This document shows, piece after piece, positions 1-10,870 of a stretch of DNA of 64,000 nucleotides; position 1 is the stretch's first letter, and every line of letters starts with the position of its first letter. The notes under the pieces are model-generated. The model had not been told where the DNA came from and ran no database searches. It saw only the letters and a list, made by a program, of their open reading frames with translations. This DNA comes from Stylophora pistillata (lineage: Eukaryota). The stretch is taken from positions 363,096-427,095 of the forward strand of contig NW_019217922.1 in the NCBI RefSeq assembly GCF_002571385.2, written 5' to 3'. A program made the translations under genes and the position numbers.

Positions 1-221
1 TTTTTTTTTTTTTTTTTTTTTTTAATATTTTGGTAGTTCGCAAATTTTCACTGAAAAGTAAACTTCATTCGGTCAACCTTTTGGTAGGAGTATACAAAAC
101 GGAAAACATGAAGAGAGGTGTGATCCCTAACACAGTCCTAATAGTGAATAACAATTCTCTTACCTTAAAACGGTTTTCTAAAGGGCATTTGGATGATGGC
201 GTCATTATTACTACAACAGGT

Positions 222-401
222 CTAGACTGTTCACAGTTCCCTATTTTTCCGTGAGACCATCGAGATGGAAGACTTTGCGTTACCTCCTAAAATCTCCGAC
301 ACCTGCATCCTCGGTACATATGAAACCAAGAAGGCCGCCAGTAACGCAAAGCGCTCGATCTCGACGGTCTTACAGAAAAATAGGGGACTGTGAACCGTCT
401 A
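222..401. mobile_element. MITE with TAG...CTA termini nested in an older palindromic MITE (about 183-574)
   Basis: TIRs TAGACTGTTCACAGTTCCCTATTTTT / AAAAATAGGGGACTGTGAACCGTCTA, inserted in a (CTA)n tract. Outer imperfect TIRs GGGCATTTGGATGATGGCGTCA / TACGTCATCACGCATATCGCCC. Confidence 0.6.
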
Positions 402-583
402 CAACTACTACTACTACTTGAATACATTTAGTTTTCCCTTTCATATTAAATTTGTTCATTCCAAAGCTTTATATAACAAATTTAACGCTCTAACTTGCAC
501 AAAACAGGAAAATCGTAAAGGATTCTGGTAGTAGTGGTAGTGGTAGTCAAAATACGTCATCACGCATATCGCCCAATTTCCGG

Positions 584-1277
584 TCAAGTGTAGGCCAGTC
601 TATCTGTAGCAGCATCGGACAAATACAACCGTCTTTCAGTACAATAGACGATTATTAAATCGAATAACTCTGCCAAATCGAGATCGTGCACCAAGGAGGA
701 AGTCTGCTGCGCTTCTGATTTCCCCTTGAAGAATTCCTTGAAGTACTGGCGCACTTTCATAAGTAGTTTCCTCAACTTCCTCATCACTGCTAGGATCGAA
801 CTCATCCACCAATTCCTCATCTGCTGTATCATCTTCTGCTGTTGGGGCATCCTCTCTTTCGGTGGCCTTGGCACCTGCATGTTGCGCAGAAGTGATGGTG
901 ACCGGGTTGTCTAATGCGACGCACTCTCTCTGATGCAGGAATTCTGGTAGAGTACCATTGTCATTGGATACAACAACAATCTCATTGTTAAATGTCACAA
1001 AATGACTCACAAATGGTGTAATAATTTACCATTAGGTCTAACGACTTCTAAATATTAACTTTTATTGACCTTTATGTCTTACTGTGTTTTGTTTTGCGTA
1101 TTGTATCGAAAGGAAAGCGCAAAAAACTCTACCGCAATACCGTAAACAATCATATTTCACCGAAAACCGTCATGAAATACCGCAAGGCTAGACGATACCG
1201 CAATACCGCACGGTAAAATTTAAATTACCGCATGAAAAGCCCAATACCGCAATACCGTAAACCCCATGTCCCCCTCA
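584..1277 (-). mobile_element. DNA-transposon remnant: acidic ORF fragment (636-1010) plus a terminus carrying repeated ATACCGCA motifs
   Basis: About eight ATACCG(C/T)A motifs at 1128-1260 ending in CCCCATGTCCCCCTC. The adjacent ORF has no recognisable host-gene context. Confidence 0.4.
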
Positions 1278-1769
1278 GAGAGGACTGTGCAGTTTCAGTG
1301 GAGAAGCTTTGCATGTGTGTGATATTACATTGTCTCTTACATGAAGGAATTAACAATCTGTTCTCGGGCGATCGGCCATCTTAAGTCCGGAGAGTTTGTT
1401 GATAGAGGTTTTGCCGAAAAAAAGAGAAGTCAGACTTGTGTTTTATTCAGCTTACGAGGAGGTAAAAGTGAACTTGTAGGCTTAAGAAAGATCTTTAATG
1501 CCTTATAATTATCCCATTGGGTGCTGAATCTCTATGATAGCCTAAAACATCTAAACAACCTTGAGGTCTCAATATCCGATCCTTTTTTAATTTTGAAAAA
1601 AGTCAACTCGATCTCTTGTTAGGTACTTTGCTAATCTTATCGCTGCTCTACTGCGACAATTAGTCTTTTTTGACTCATTGAAACGCATGCGTTTTATGTA
1701 GTTTATTCTTAATGTGTTCCATTTGGCGTTCTCTAACGGATTCCCTTATATTTCAGCTAAGATTTCAAG

Positions 1770-4700
1770 ATGTCTGAGAAGTATATGACGAGGTTTGATG
1801 AGAGGATGAAATCTCCAACATTTGACGAAATTGACTGCAGTGATCCTGTGGCGTTTTACAATGCACGAGAACGTTGGGCTTTAGAAAGGCTCATTGAGTT
1901 GGAAACTGTGAAGATATACCAAGAAAGAGTCAAGGAATGTTACAGAAGAGAGGAAGTCAATGCCAAACAATACTGCAGAAAAGTAGTCAATGACTATAGG
2001 AAAGCATTCAATGAGTACAAGAAGAAAGGTATGTTAATCTAACTCTTTCATGGATGAGCTGTGCAATGTAATCAAAATTTCACAAGTTAGATTGAGATAA
2101 ACCTTTTGTGACCAGTGATTCTATTAATTCTGCATTATGTGTCCCTGACCCTTGAATATCCCCTAGGACACGTTACATAAGGCATGTGTCCTACAGGATC
2201 AATTAAGAATGAAAGTCCAAAACTGAATAAAAAAAGTCATTAGTTGACCTGCAAATGAAATACAAGTAAAGAGTTGATCCTAGGGATGGTACAAAACATG
2301 AACCCCCCTTCTGGAACGCCTTCTGGAACGCCTTCTGGACCCCCTTCTGGACCCCTCTAACTAGATTAAGAAAGGATGAAAACAATAAATACCTGGAGCA
2401 ACTTAGGAGGTCATCATCAAAGTGGCATTTCTTACTACAAACATTTGCAATCTTCAAAAAGTGCCACTAGCAATGTTTAATTCTCCCGTGTGCCATTGTG
2501 GAATCCATTTTGTTTCTAAGTTAGAGTGGGGACCTCGACAGAAGGCTACAAAACTTCTGGTCTTTTCCTCTGATCAACGGATCAGATTATTCCATCATTT
2601 TGATTGCATCATCTCATGTCCTTGGCTACCACCCCTGACCACAAAAATTGTGGACACCATACACAGAGCTCTATGGTAGAATGTTGAAGGTAAGGTGTGG
2701 GATTGTTTGGCAAGAAAATGTCGTGATTGTCTATCACTGACTTCAGGAATGTCAAGATTGGATACAAAATGTGAAAAAATCCCATGCCTACCTTTAACAT
2801 TCCACCATAGAGCTCTGTGTATTGATGACCACAATTTTTTTGGTCAGCGGTGGTAGCCAAGGACATGAGATGACGCAATCAAAATGGCGGAAAAAATCTG
2901 ATCGGAGTGGTTGATCAGAGGAAACACTGGAAGTTTTGTAGCCTTGTGCCCAGGTCCCCACTCTAACTTATAAACAAAATGGCACCCACGATAGCACATG
3001 GGAGAATTAACATTTCTAGTAGCACTTTTTGAGGATTAAGGAAAATGGTTGTTACATGAAATGCCACTTTGATGACAACCTCCTAAGTCGCACCAGGTAT
3101 TTATTGTTTTCATCCTTTCTTAATCTAGTTGGGGGGTCCAAAAGGGGGGGTCCACGTTTTGTACTGTCCCATGATCTTAGCAGGAGAGTTCCAATTAAAC
3201 AAGGACCCTGACTATAAAAGGACTTTTGCCCTGGGCAAGCCGTCAGTCATTTCACCCCTGACACCGAACTGTCGACATCAACCAGTCCGTGACCGTGCGA
3301 TATCGGCAAAACTATTGTAACGGAAAGGTCACTTGCAGCCAGTGCATATCTCAAACTTCTACGAATTTTGCCATTTTCGTTTACGGCAAAGAAAAGATGA
3401 TCGGCTCCACACAGTTGGCTCCACGGAATGTACACCCGCTTGCGATGTCATTTCTGTAAGGAAGGCAAACGGCCAGAGGGCTAGCGGTGAGGACTAGCTT
3501 TTATGACCTTTATTATCTTTCACAAAAATCCTCTTCTCATACCGGTTTTGTATTGTTGTAATAAAGTGGTTAGTTTCTTCGACGTTTTGTCTACGGGATT
3601 TCATGTGACACTTATACAAGAACTCTGCAATTAAACAAGAGATCACGTTGGATAGAATTTTTATTTGAATCGCGCGCCATTTCTCCAACGGAATATGTGG
3701 TGTTGAAATACGAATCCCGTGGGTGCTCATATAAAATAATTTCGGTCACGGATTGGAAACATGTCTGGTTGACTGAAATCCGATGGAAAACAAATTATCA
3801 TCGGCTATATTGCCTAAACAGGCCTCAAGAACTATTGAAAACCTCGACCTTTTCATAAGTAGCTAGTGAAATAGGCTTCTCGTTGCAACACGCGTCTAAA
3901 ATGTTCAGGCAAAAAATATCCTACATAGTGCCGTGTCAAAATACTTAGAAAACTATGTTCCTTTCAAAGGGACCTATTCTTGAACTTCGCTCTATTTTTT
4001 TTTCCTTTTTTGAGGCTTTTTCTCTCCATAACTCAAAACGTGCAATAAAACATTGGACCCGTTTATGTCGGTTTGGGTGGCCGCGTCGCTGGCGAGATGA
4101 GAAGCCTGAGTGAACGAGCAAGATGTAAACAAAGAGGAGTGACTTTCACTTACCATACCTCTTTGTTCAGACCATTCGAATAAGTCTAAGAGTCGTTCCA
4201 TCAAAATAACATTTGCCATCGGTGTTCAACTCGCTAAATGAAGGCGTTCCTTCAACCGCTGAATTCTTGTCTTCACGCTTTCCAATCGCTCTTCCATTCC
4301 GGGTTCGACCGCCAGCTCCAGTGTATAACGGACTCGTAGACCTCACGCCGCTATTTTGGGTTTTTTTGATGGAAAATCCACCATGGCAAAATAAAATGCA
4401 ATTTTAAAGCTAAAGACTAGTTAGTGCGCGACTGTAGCAACCGTAAAATGGATCAATTCGAAGTGGAAGATGAGTTATGTCGCAACATACACCTACACAC
4501 ATTTTCATACATGTACATAAATGTATATATATGTACATGAAAACCACTCTCTCTGAGCATGTCACAGTACTAAGATCCTCTAGTCAATGATATCGACGGC
4601 TCAAGAAGTTGAGGCAAACGGAGGGGAGTCAGAGGGCCAGTACGACCATCTCGCAATAGGAGGAGCCGTTAGGAGCGCGAAATTCAAATTGCGATAGCCT

Positions 4701-7700
4701 AATTTTTTGAGTTTTGCAAATGAAGATCAGTATTTCTCCATTCGTCCCTTTTTAATCGCCAATAAAAACATTTTCAAGTGGAAATCAATTGAAACAAGAC
4801 AAGGATATCGGTCTTCGTGTACAAATCTCTTTTTCCCCCTTCACCTTCCATTAGTCAGCCATCTTCGATTAGCCATGGAAGCAAAGATTGCGTTACAAGA
4901 CGGGGGAGGAGCTATCCCTTTTATAGTCAGGGTCCTTGTTTAAAGAAATTGCAGAAGAAGCCTGAAAAAGTTGAGGCTTTGTCTTATGGTGATTTGAACT
5001 CCATGCCTTTTAGATACCAGAAGGCACCACTACCAACTGAGCTATACAGCCACATTTTTGGAGGAATATAAATTTCAGCAGGTTCTTTGTTCTCATGAAG
5101 GAGTCTGATTACAAACATATGACCCTGCAATTTCTGAAATTTCCCTAATTGCTACTCAACTGCAAGTATTATTTCTTCACTTGCAAAGTGAATCCTCTTA
5201 TCATCATAATAACCTCAAAAGGAAATTTAAGTTGAATTTCTTAAATGCAATAGGCCTTTGAGAAATGTTTGAAGGACATATGCAATAATGCATTCATCAA
5301 TCAGGATGAACAAGTTACTGTCTTAAAGAGATTACATGGAAAGCTAGATTGTTTCATATTCTATTCAAAGCTTGAATACTGATCTCTCAGTTGAACTCTA
5401 CTGAACCAAAGCTATTAACCAAATAAGCAGTACTCCCCTCTTGTCACATTGTCTCAAAACCCTTTACACCTTAACACCAGTATCCATATTTCCCATGCTC
5501 TTCTCTATACATTTCTGTTGGTACTGACAAGGGGAATTTGTTTAACAATCAAAGTTTTTAGGTTGAATGGTGATCATTTTCTTTACTCTCACCATTTTAA
5601 TGAATGATTCAGCAATATTACTGTATGGAGAAATTACACACTAGTCACTCCGAATTACAGTCAAGTCGCCGACGGTTCAACTCGCCAACGCCAACTCACT
5701 GACGTCTAAACTTAAGTAGAAATGTCGGCAAGTTGGTCTTCAACCCAGTATAACATATCAGAAGTCAAACATTTAGAAAAGTAAACGATCTTTAGTAAAA
5801 AAGCAATTTTTTTTCTTCCAACAAAGTTTATAAGGATCTCATGGCGAACAAGGAAAGGTCAACATCAGCAATTACTAGAACAGCTCCAGACGCAAATGAG
5901 TTATCATGTGACAACAGCACCGTAAAGACTCATCAGGTCGATTGGTCAACTTGGCTTTCTAGTCAAGATCTTTATTAAAAACAATTCTTTTTAATTTCAA
6001 CAAAGTTTATAAGGATCTCAAGGCGAATAAAACAAGATAAAGATCGGCAATAACTATAAAAGCTTCAGACGCGAATGAGTTATTGCGTGACAACACCATA
6101 AAGACCCATCATGTCAATCGGTCAGATTTTTCAAAGAACACTTGGCTTTTTAGACAAGATCTTTAATAAAAAGCAACTATTTTTATTTCCAACAAAGTTT
6201 ATAAGGATCTCAAGGCAATAAAAGTAAGACAAACATCTCCAATTAGTCTAACAGCTTCAGATGCAAACGAGTTGTTGTGTGACAACGACACTGTAGCGAC
6301 TCATCATGTCAATTGGTCAGACTTTCTAAACAAGATCTTTGTTAAAAAGCAATTCTTTTTATTCGCAACAGAGTTCATATGGATCTCAAGGCGAATAAAG
6401 CAAGGCGAACATCGCCAATGAACAAAAAAGCTTTAGACACAAACGAGTTAGTGTGTGACAATAACACGTACTGTAAAGGCTCATCATGTTAATAGGTCAG
6501 GTTTTTTTAAAAAAAACTTGACTTTCTAGGCAAGATCCTTAGTATACAACAATTATTTTTATTTGCAACGAACAAGTTATTGTGTGACAACAACACTGTA
6601 AAGACTCACTCGCCTCTACAGCTTTTTTGTTCATTGGCGATGTTCACTTTGCTTTATTCACCTTGAGATCCTTATAAATTTTGTTGGTAATAAAAATAAT
6701 TGTTTTTTTACTAAAGATCTTGTCTAGAAAGCCAAGTTTTCTTAGAAAATCTAACCAATTGACATGATAAGTCTTAATGGTGTTGTTGTCACACAACAAC
6801 TCGTTCACGTCTGAAGCTGTTTTATAACATAACCAAAGTAAAGCGCGCGCTCTGATTGGTCAATTTAGCGTCCCCCATTTGTCCATGGGTGTACGCTGCT
6901 GACATGAGCAAATGCAAAGACTATTTTTCCGCGCGCGCTTGTTTTTTCTGGTCGCGTAAGATTTGATAAATAAAAGGGAACTCTTTAGCTACAATGTATC
7001 AATGTTATGTGATAAAACAAATGGCAAACACCACAGGGTACACTATTGAGTTATGGATGCACTTGGGAGGTTTGCTAAGCACTCAAGAAGCTAGAGTCGC
7101 TCTCGGCTATCGCCTCGAGTGACTCTCTAGCTTCTTGAGTGCTTAGCAACCTCCCACGTGCATCCATAACTCAATAGTGTACGCTGTGATGTTTACCATT
7201 TGTTAAATAGCAATTGGTGATGTTTATCTTGCTTTATTTGCCTTGAGATCCTTAAAAACTTTATTGGAAATAAAAATAATTGCCTACTACTTAAGATCTT
7301 GTCTAGAAAGCCAAGTTTTCAAAAAAAATCTGACTGATTGACATGATGAGTCTTTACAGTGTTGTTGTCACAATAACTCGTTCGCATCTGAAGCTGTTAT
7401 AGTCATTGGTGATGTTTATCTTGTTTTATTCACCTTGAGATCCTTAAAAACTTTGTTGTAAATAAAAATAATTGTTTTTTACATAAGATCTTGTCTAGAA
7501 AGCCAAGTTTTCTTAAAAAATCTGACCAATTACATACACTTTATTGATGCTCCCTAAGTCAACTTTTCAGCCCAATTGACATGATGAGTCTTTAAAGTGT
7601 TGTTGTCACACAATAACTCGTTTGCATCTGAAGCTGTTAGTCATTGGCGAGGCTTATCTTGCTTTATTTGCCTTGAGATCCTTATAAACTTTGTTGGAAG

Positions 7701-8117
7701 AAAAAAAATGTTTTTTTACTGAAGATCGTTTACTTTTCTATAAGTTGTACTGGGTTGAAGACCAACTTGCCTATGTCTCTACTCGATTTTTATACATTGG
7801 CGAGTTAAACCTTCGGCGACTTGACTGGATACTGTCACTCCCATGGCTTAAAGGTTGAATAAAGTGCTACAATACTTTCACATGCTTTTCATTATATTAT
7901 GAACTGGGGTAATCTGACTTCTGATTTAATAACCTCATGGAATCCTGACTTAACTTTTTGTCAGTCTGCATCAAAAAATAAAAATATGTAGTAAACAGAA
8001 AAATAACAAAGAGTTTGTATGATGACCTTGGATGTCTGTTTATCTTCTATTACAGCTTGGTTCCATACTGAAGGTGGTGACTGGACCAAATACAAAGTGG
8101 AGATTAGTGGGGAATGA
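1770..8117 (+). CDS. NDUFB10: NADH:ubiquinone oxidoreductase subunit B10 (PDSW)-like, 2 coding exons (1770-2028, 8056-8117), 106 aa
   Basis: Exon 1770-2028 encodes ...VKIYQERVKECYRREEVNAKQYCRKVV, matching the NDUFB10 'C.RREG.N..Q.C' motif. The phase-1 donor G|GTATG at 2028 joins acceptor TACAG|CT at 8056 to give AWFHTEGGDWTKYKVEISGE*. A probable non-coding first exon ends at about 1461 (GAG|GTAAAA). Confidence 0.8.
2283..3170. mobile_element. Foldback/MITE, about 890 bp, with two ~420-bp inverted arms
   Basis: GGGATGGTACAAAACATGAACCCCCC pairs with GGGGGGTCCACGTTTTGTACTGTCCC. Complementarity continues inward to about 2705/2778. Confidence 0.85.
3199..4939 (-). mobile_element. Non-autonomous DNA transposon, 1.74 kb, perfect 23-bp TIRs, TTAA on both flanks, decayed internal ORF
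   Basis: ACAAGGACCCTGACTATAAAAGG (3199-3221) / CCTTTTATAGTCAGGGTCCTTGT (4917-4939). TTAA at 3195-3198 and 4940-4943. The minus-strand frame 4384-3992 is interrupted by two TGA stops. Confidence 0.85.
5652..7833. mobile_element. Foldback element with internal ~180-bp tandem units in opposite orientation in each arm and an 8-bp TSD
   Basis: TIRs CAGTCAAGTCGCCGACGGTTCAACTCGCCAA / TTGGCGAGTTAAACCTTCGGCGACTTGACTG. TSD GTCACTCC at 5644-5651 and 7834-7841. The unit contains CAACAAAGTTTATAAGGATCTCAAGGC. Confidence 0.85.
6822..7206 (+). mobile_element. TIR-less element ending in a ~190-bp hairpin, nested in the foldback
   Basis: It interrupts a repeat unit at CTGAAGCTGTT|ATAG. The start carries GCGCGCTCTGATTGGTC. 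7016-7204 is a near-perfect palindrome. Confidence 0.7.
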
Positions 8118-8322
8118 CATTTTATAATTATAATGTTTACATACTGATGGTAATGATGCTCTGTAACACCTGTGATACACTTTCAGTTCCTTAAATGGAG
8201 AAAAAGTGATTTGAAAGTCCCTATCTATGCCTTCTTCTTCTGTGTTTGCATTGATTTCAATTTTTCCAAGCATTTTGGTTCTATTGTAAATTGTATACAT
8301 TTAAAGGGTGAAGAATATCATC

Positions 8323-8497
8323 GAAAAAACCAGGAAAGATTTATTACTCGACGTTTCGGGGTCATCGTGACTCCATTATCAAGAGACTAGTTTAAAAACA
8401 TGCAAATAAGGAAAGGTACAAGAATAGCATAAATTAGACTGTAATAAATCTTTCCTGGTTTTTTCTATGCCTTTGCTTTAGCAAATCCCTGCTGATC
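8323..8497. mobile_element. 175-bp Penelope-like mini-insertion with 12-bp direct flanks and 25-bp inverted repeats, just downstream of NDUFB10
   Basis: AAGAATATCATC at 8311-8322 and 8498-8509. GAAAAAACCAGGAAAGATTTATTAC (8323-8347) is inverted at 8441-8465. Contains a hammerhead-like motif. Confidence 0.7.
8347..8385 (-). ncRNA. Minimal type I hammerhead-like motif (U3-A8 core variant)
   Basis: CUC-UUGAUAA-U-GGAGUCA(CGA)UGACCCC-GAAA-CG-UC-GAG. Confidence 0.55.
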
Positions 8498-9191
8498 AAG
8501 AATATCATCACAAGGTAAATTTAACCAGTTTAGATCCACAAAACAGTATAAACTGTTATCAATGTACTTGTAAAGGTTCTCAATAAAGCAGTTTTTGAGA
8601 AATTATTTGGATTTTTGCTTTTTGTCTCCTAAGAGAAAAAAACGTGGTACACATTAATTTGTGAAATTGATCCGACTCGTGTGCAGACTTCACCCACCTG
8701 TTTAGTTGAGCATGGCTCTGTAGACTACATCAATATAGGTCCATCACAGGTGAATGAAACTTGGCACAAAATTTGTGCTATGAGAGCATTCATGTTGAAA
8801 TCATATCTATTTTAAGACCATAAGGGCATGGGTAAAGTGTTAGAAAATCCATGAAAGGATTCTTTGGGGTACTGTGATGAAAAATACCCTGCTTTGAGTT
8901 GGTTTTTAAATTTACACATTCCACAGTGGCCACAATCTGGAGAGGACAGTTTTATTTTCTAATGATTGTAAACATGAAAACACTTATCAGAGTGATTACA
9001 CATTTGTGAATATCTTAAAAGAGAAAGCATTCATTCTGACTTAATGACATCAGTTTACCATTAGTTAATGTGGACTGTGCACTGTAATACCCATAGGCTA
9101 CTGTATAAAATTACACCCATGGACCATTTTGACTATCTCTCTAATATTTATGAGTTAGTTGGCCAAGCATAAGATCAAGGTGAAGGTCTTG

Positions 9192-10349
9192 TCACGGGCT
9201 CTTGATTTGACAATCAAATTCTTCCCAATGTGTCACTTGGCCATCTAACCCACAATGCGCTCCAAACCTACATCCACGGTTATTGGTACCTTCAAAGACA
9301 CCAGGTGGGTACCATTCCCCTTGATGGTAACAACCTTTGGACTGAGCTGGAGGTTTGGGTGCAGGTGTAGACTCTGTTGCACAATTAAAGTCATCCCACA
9401 TCTGGAGTTGACCATCATCTGTACAATACAGTCCGTAACACCAACCTTGGCCATCTGATCCTCGGCTGATCTCACTGCCTGGGGCATACCAGATACCATT
9501 TTGGAGGCAACCTAATTGTGTTGGTTGTGGAGGAATTGTAGTTGGAGCAGAGCTTGTTTCTTTAGTGGCACTAAGGCTACAGTCCCAGTTATCTGATGCG
9601 ATAATATTTCCATCATAGTTGCAATATGTTTCATAACACCATCCATTTCCATCCGAACCTTCACTGATTTTGCTGCCAGGTGGATACAAAGAACCTTCAT
9701 GGTTGCATCCAAATGGTGTAGTGTCAATGGGAGGAAGAGATGAAGGTTTTGTTGTTCTTTGGTGAGTCTTTGAAGGAAGCAAACTTGTTTCTCTGGTGGA
9801 GCTTGGAGGGGTTGTAGTAGGAGCAGAGCTTGTTTTTTTAGTGGAACTAGGGTTACAGTCCCAGTTATCCCAAGCAATAATGCTTCCATGGTAGTCACAA
9901 TATAATCCATAGCACCATCCATTTCCATCTGAACCTTCACTGATTTTGCTTCCGGGAGGATACAAAGAACCTCCGTGGTTGCATCCAAATGGTGTAGTGG
10001 TGAAGCTTGGAGGGAGGCTGGGTGGGGTTGTCATTGGAGGGGTGGGTGTGATTGTTGTTGGAGGTATAGTTGTAACTGGACCACAATCAAAGTCATCCCA
10101 TGCAAGAGCATGACCACCATTACATAACAGTCCGTAACACCATCCTTCCCCATCTGATAAATGAGTTATCTCTTCTTCGTGTGCATAGCATTTGGATTCA
10201 TACAGGCAATTTGGAGGTAAACACGTTGTAGTGGTAGGCTGGATGTCTTTGTTAAGTTCATCCAAAGGGCGTGACTGAATCCTGGCCAATGAGAGCACCA
10301 ATAGAACAAACAACATTTCAAGTGCGTGATGCATTATCCTGCAAAACAT
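9192..10349 (-). CDS. Secreted mucin-like protein with five ~43-aa 4-Cys modules separated by Thr/Pro/Ser-rich linkers (single exon, up to 385 aa)
   Basis: Uninterrupted ORF. Hydrophobic N-terminus (MLFVLLVLSLARIQS). Repeats C-x6-Y-x2-G..SDGxGWCY..xC..G....WD.xC. TATA-like TTTTATAAAA at 10381-10390. The true start may be a later ATG (M6 or M12). Confidence 0.85.
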   Translation of the reverse strand: MFCRIMHHALEMLFVLLVLSLARIQSRPLDELNKDIQPTTTTCLPPNCLYESKCYAHEEEITHLSDGEGWCYGLLCNGGHALAWDDFDCGPVTTIPPTTITPTPPMTTPPSLPPSFTTTPFGCNHGGSLYPPGSKISEGSDGNGWCYGLYCDYHGSIIAWDNWDCNPSSTKKTSSAPTTTPPSSTRETSLLPSKTHQRTTKPSSLPPIDTTPFGCNHEGSLYPPGSKISEGSDGNGWCYETYCNYDGNIIASDNWDCSLSATKETSSAPTTIPPQPTQLGCLQNGIWYAPGSEISRGSDGQGWCYGLYCTDDGQLQMWDDFNCATESTPAPKPPAQSKGCYHQGEWYPPGVFEGTNNRGCRFGAHCGLDGQVTHWEEFDCQIKSP

Positions 10350-10667
10350 TGTGTATTTGTAGTATAATTGGTAAGAGCGGTTTTATAAAAAAAGGAAAGA
10401 TGGGTGGAAAGCTTCGAGAGAAAATAAACAACAAAAGGAAAAACAACGCATGGTGGATGAAAGTAGAGAAGAATAACGTTATTGTCGAAATGATATCCGA
10501 GAATTCAATCTAAAGATGTTTACCGGAATTCTTCGCGACAGCAAAATGAATGAAGGTTCAAAGGGTATCAGTGAGGTAAGATGCATGCTGTAGTTGTATT
10601 CGATGACTTCCGTACCCCGTTCCCGCGTTCTTTTTGCGGAAAACGTGAAGTGTATCAAGGCGGACTA

Positions 10668-10870
10668 ACCGCCTTCTGGTTAGCTCAATTGGCTAGAGCG
10701 CCGGATCGTGTTGTGCGGGAGGTAGAGGGTTCGTGCCCTGGCCGGACCAATACTCAGGGTCTTAAAATAACTGAGGAGCATTTGCTACCTTTCTATAATA
10801 TCAAGAATTGGATAGATAGTCCAGTCTTCTTGGATAAGGACGAATAAACCGTAGGTCCCGTCTCCTGCAG
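10668..10870 (+). mobile_element. tRNA-derived SINE
   Basis: A-box TAGCTCAATTGG and B-box-like GGTTCGTGCC, followed by a non-tRNA body (CAATACTCAGGGTCTTAAAATAACTGAGGAG...GATAAGGACGAATAAACCGTAGG). No acceptor stem. Confidence 0.75.

Larger units (their letters stand above)
5459..7858 (+). mobile_element. Abundant ~200-bp MITE ('ACCCTTTACACC...AAAGG(G)TT' family) split in two by the foldback insertion
   Basis: Left part 5459-5651 and right part 7834-7858 rejoin into the same family seen at 13828-14025, 38685-38890, 43820-44005 and 51955-52170. Confidence 0.7.

Noticed and set aside
1-23. Poly-T as a retrocopy tail
   Set aside because: It lies at the window edge, with no identifiable element body or TSD.
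9245-9988. Alternative-frame ORFs overlapping the Cys-repeat gene
   Set aside because: Shadow frames of a repetitive CDS with no independent features.
10668-10750. tRNA gene
   Set aside because: A and B boxes are present, but there is no acceptor stem and it runs into a SINE body. The same applies to 31120-31200.
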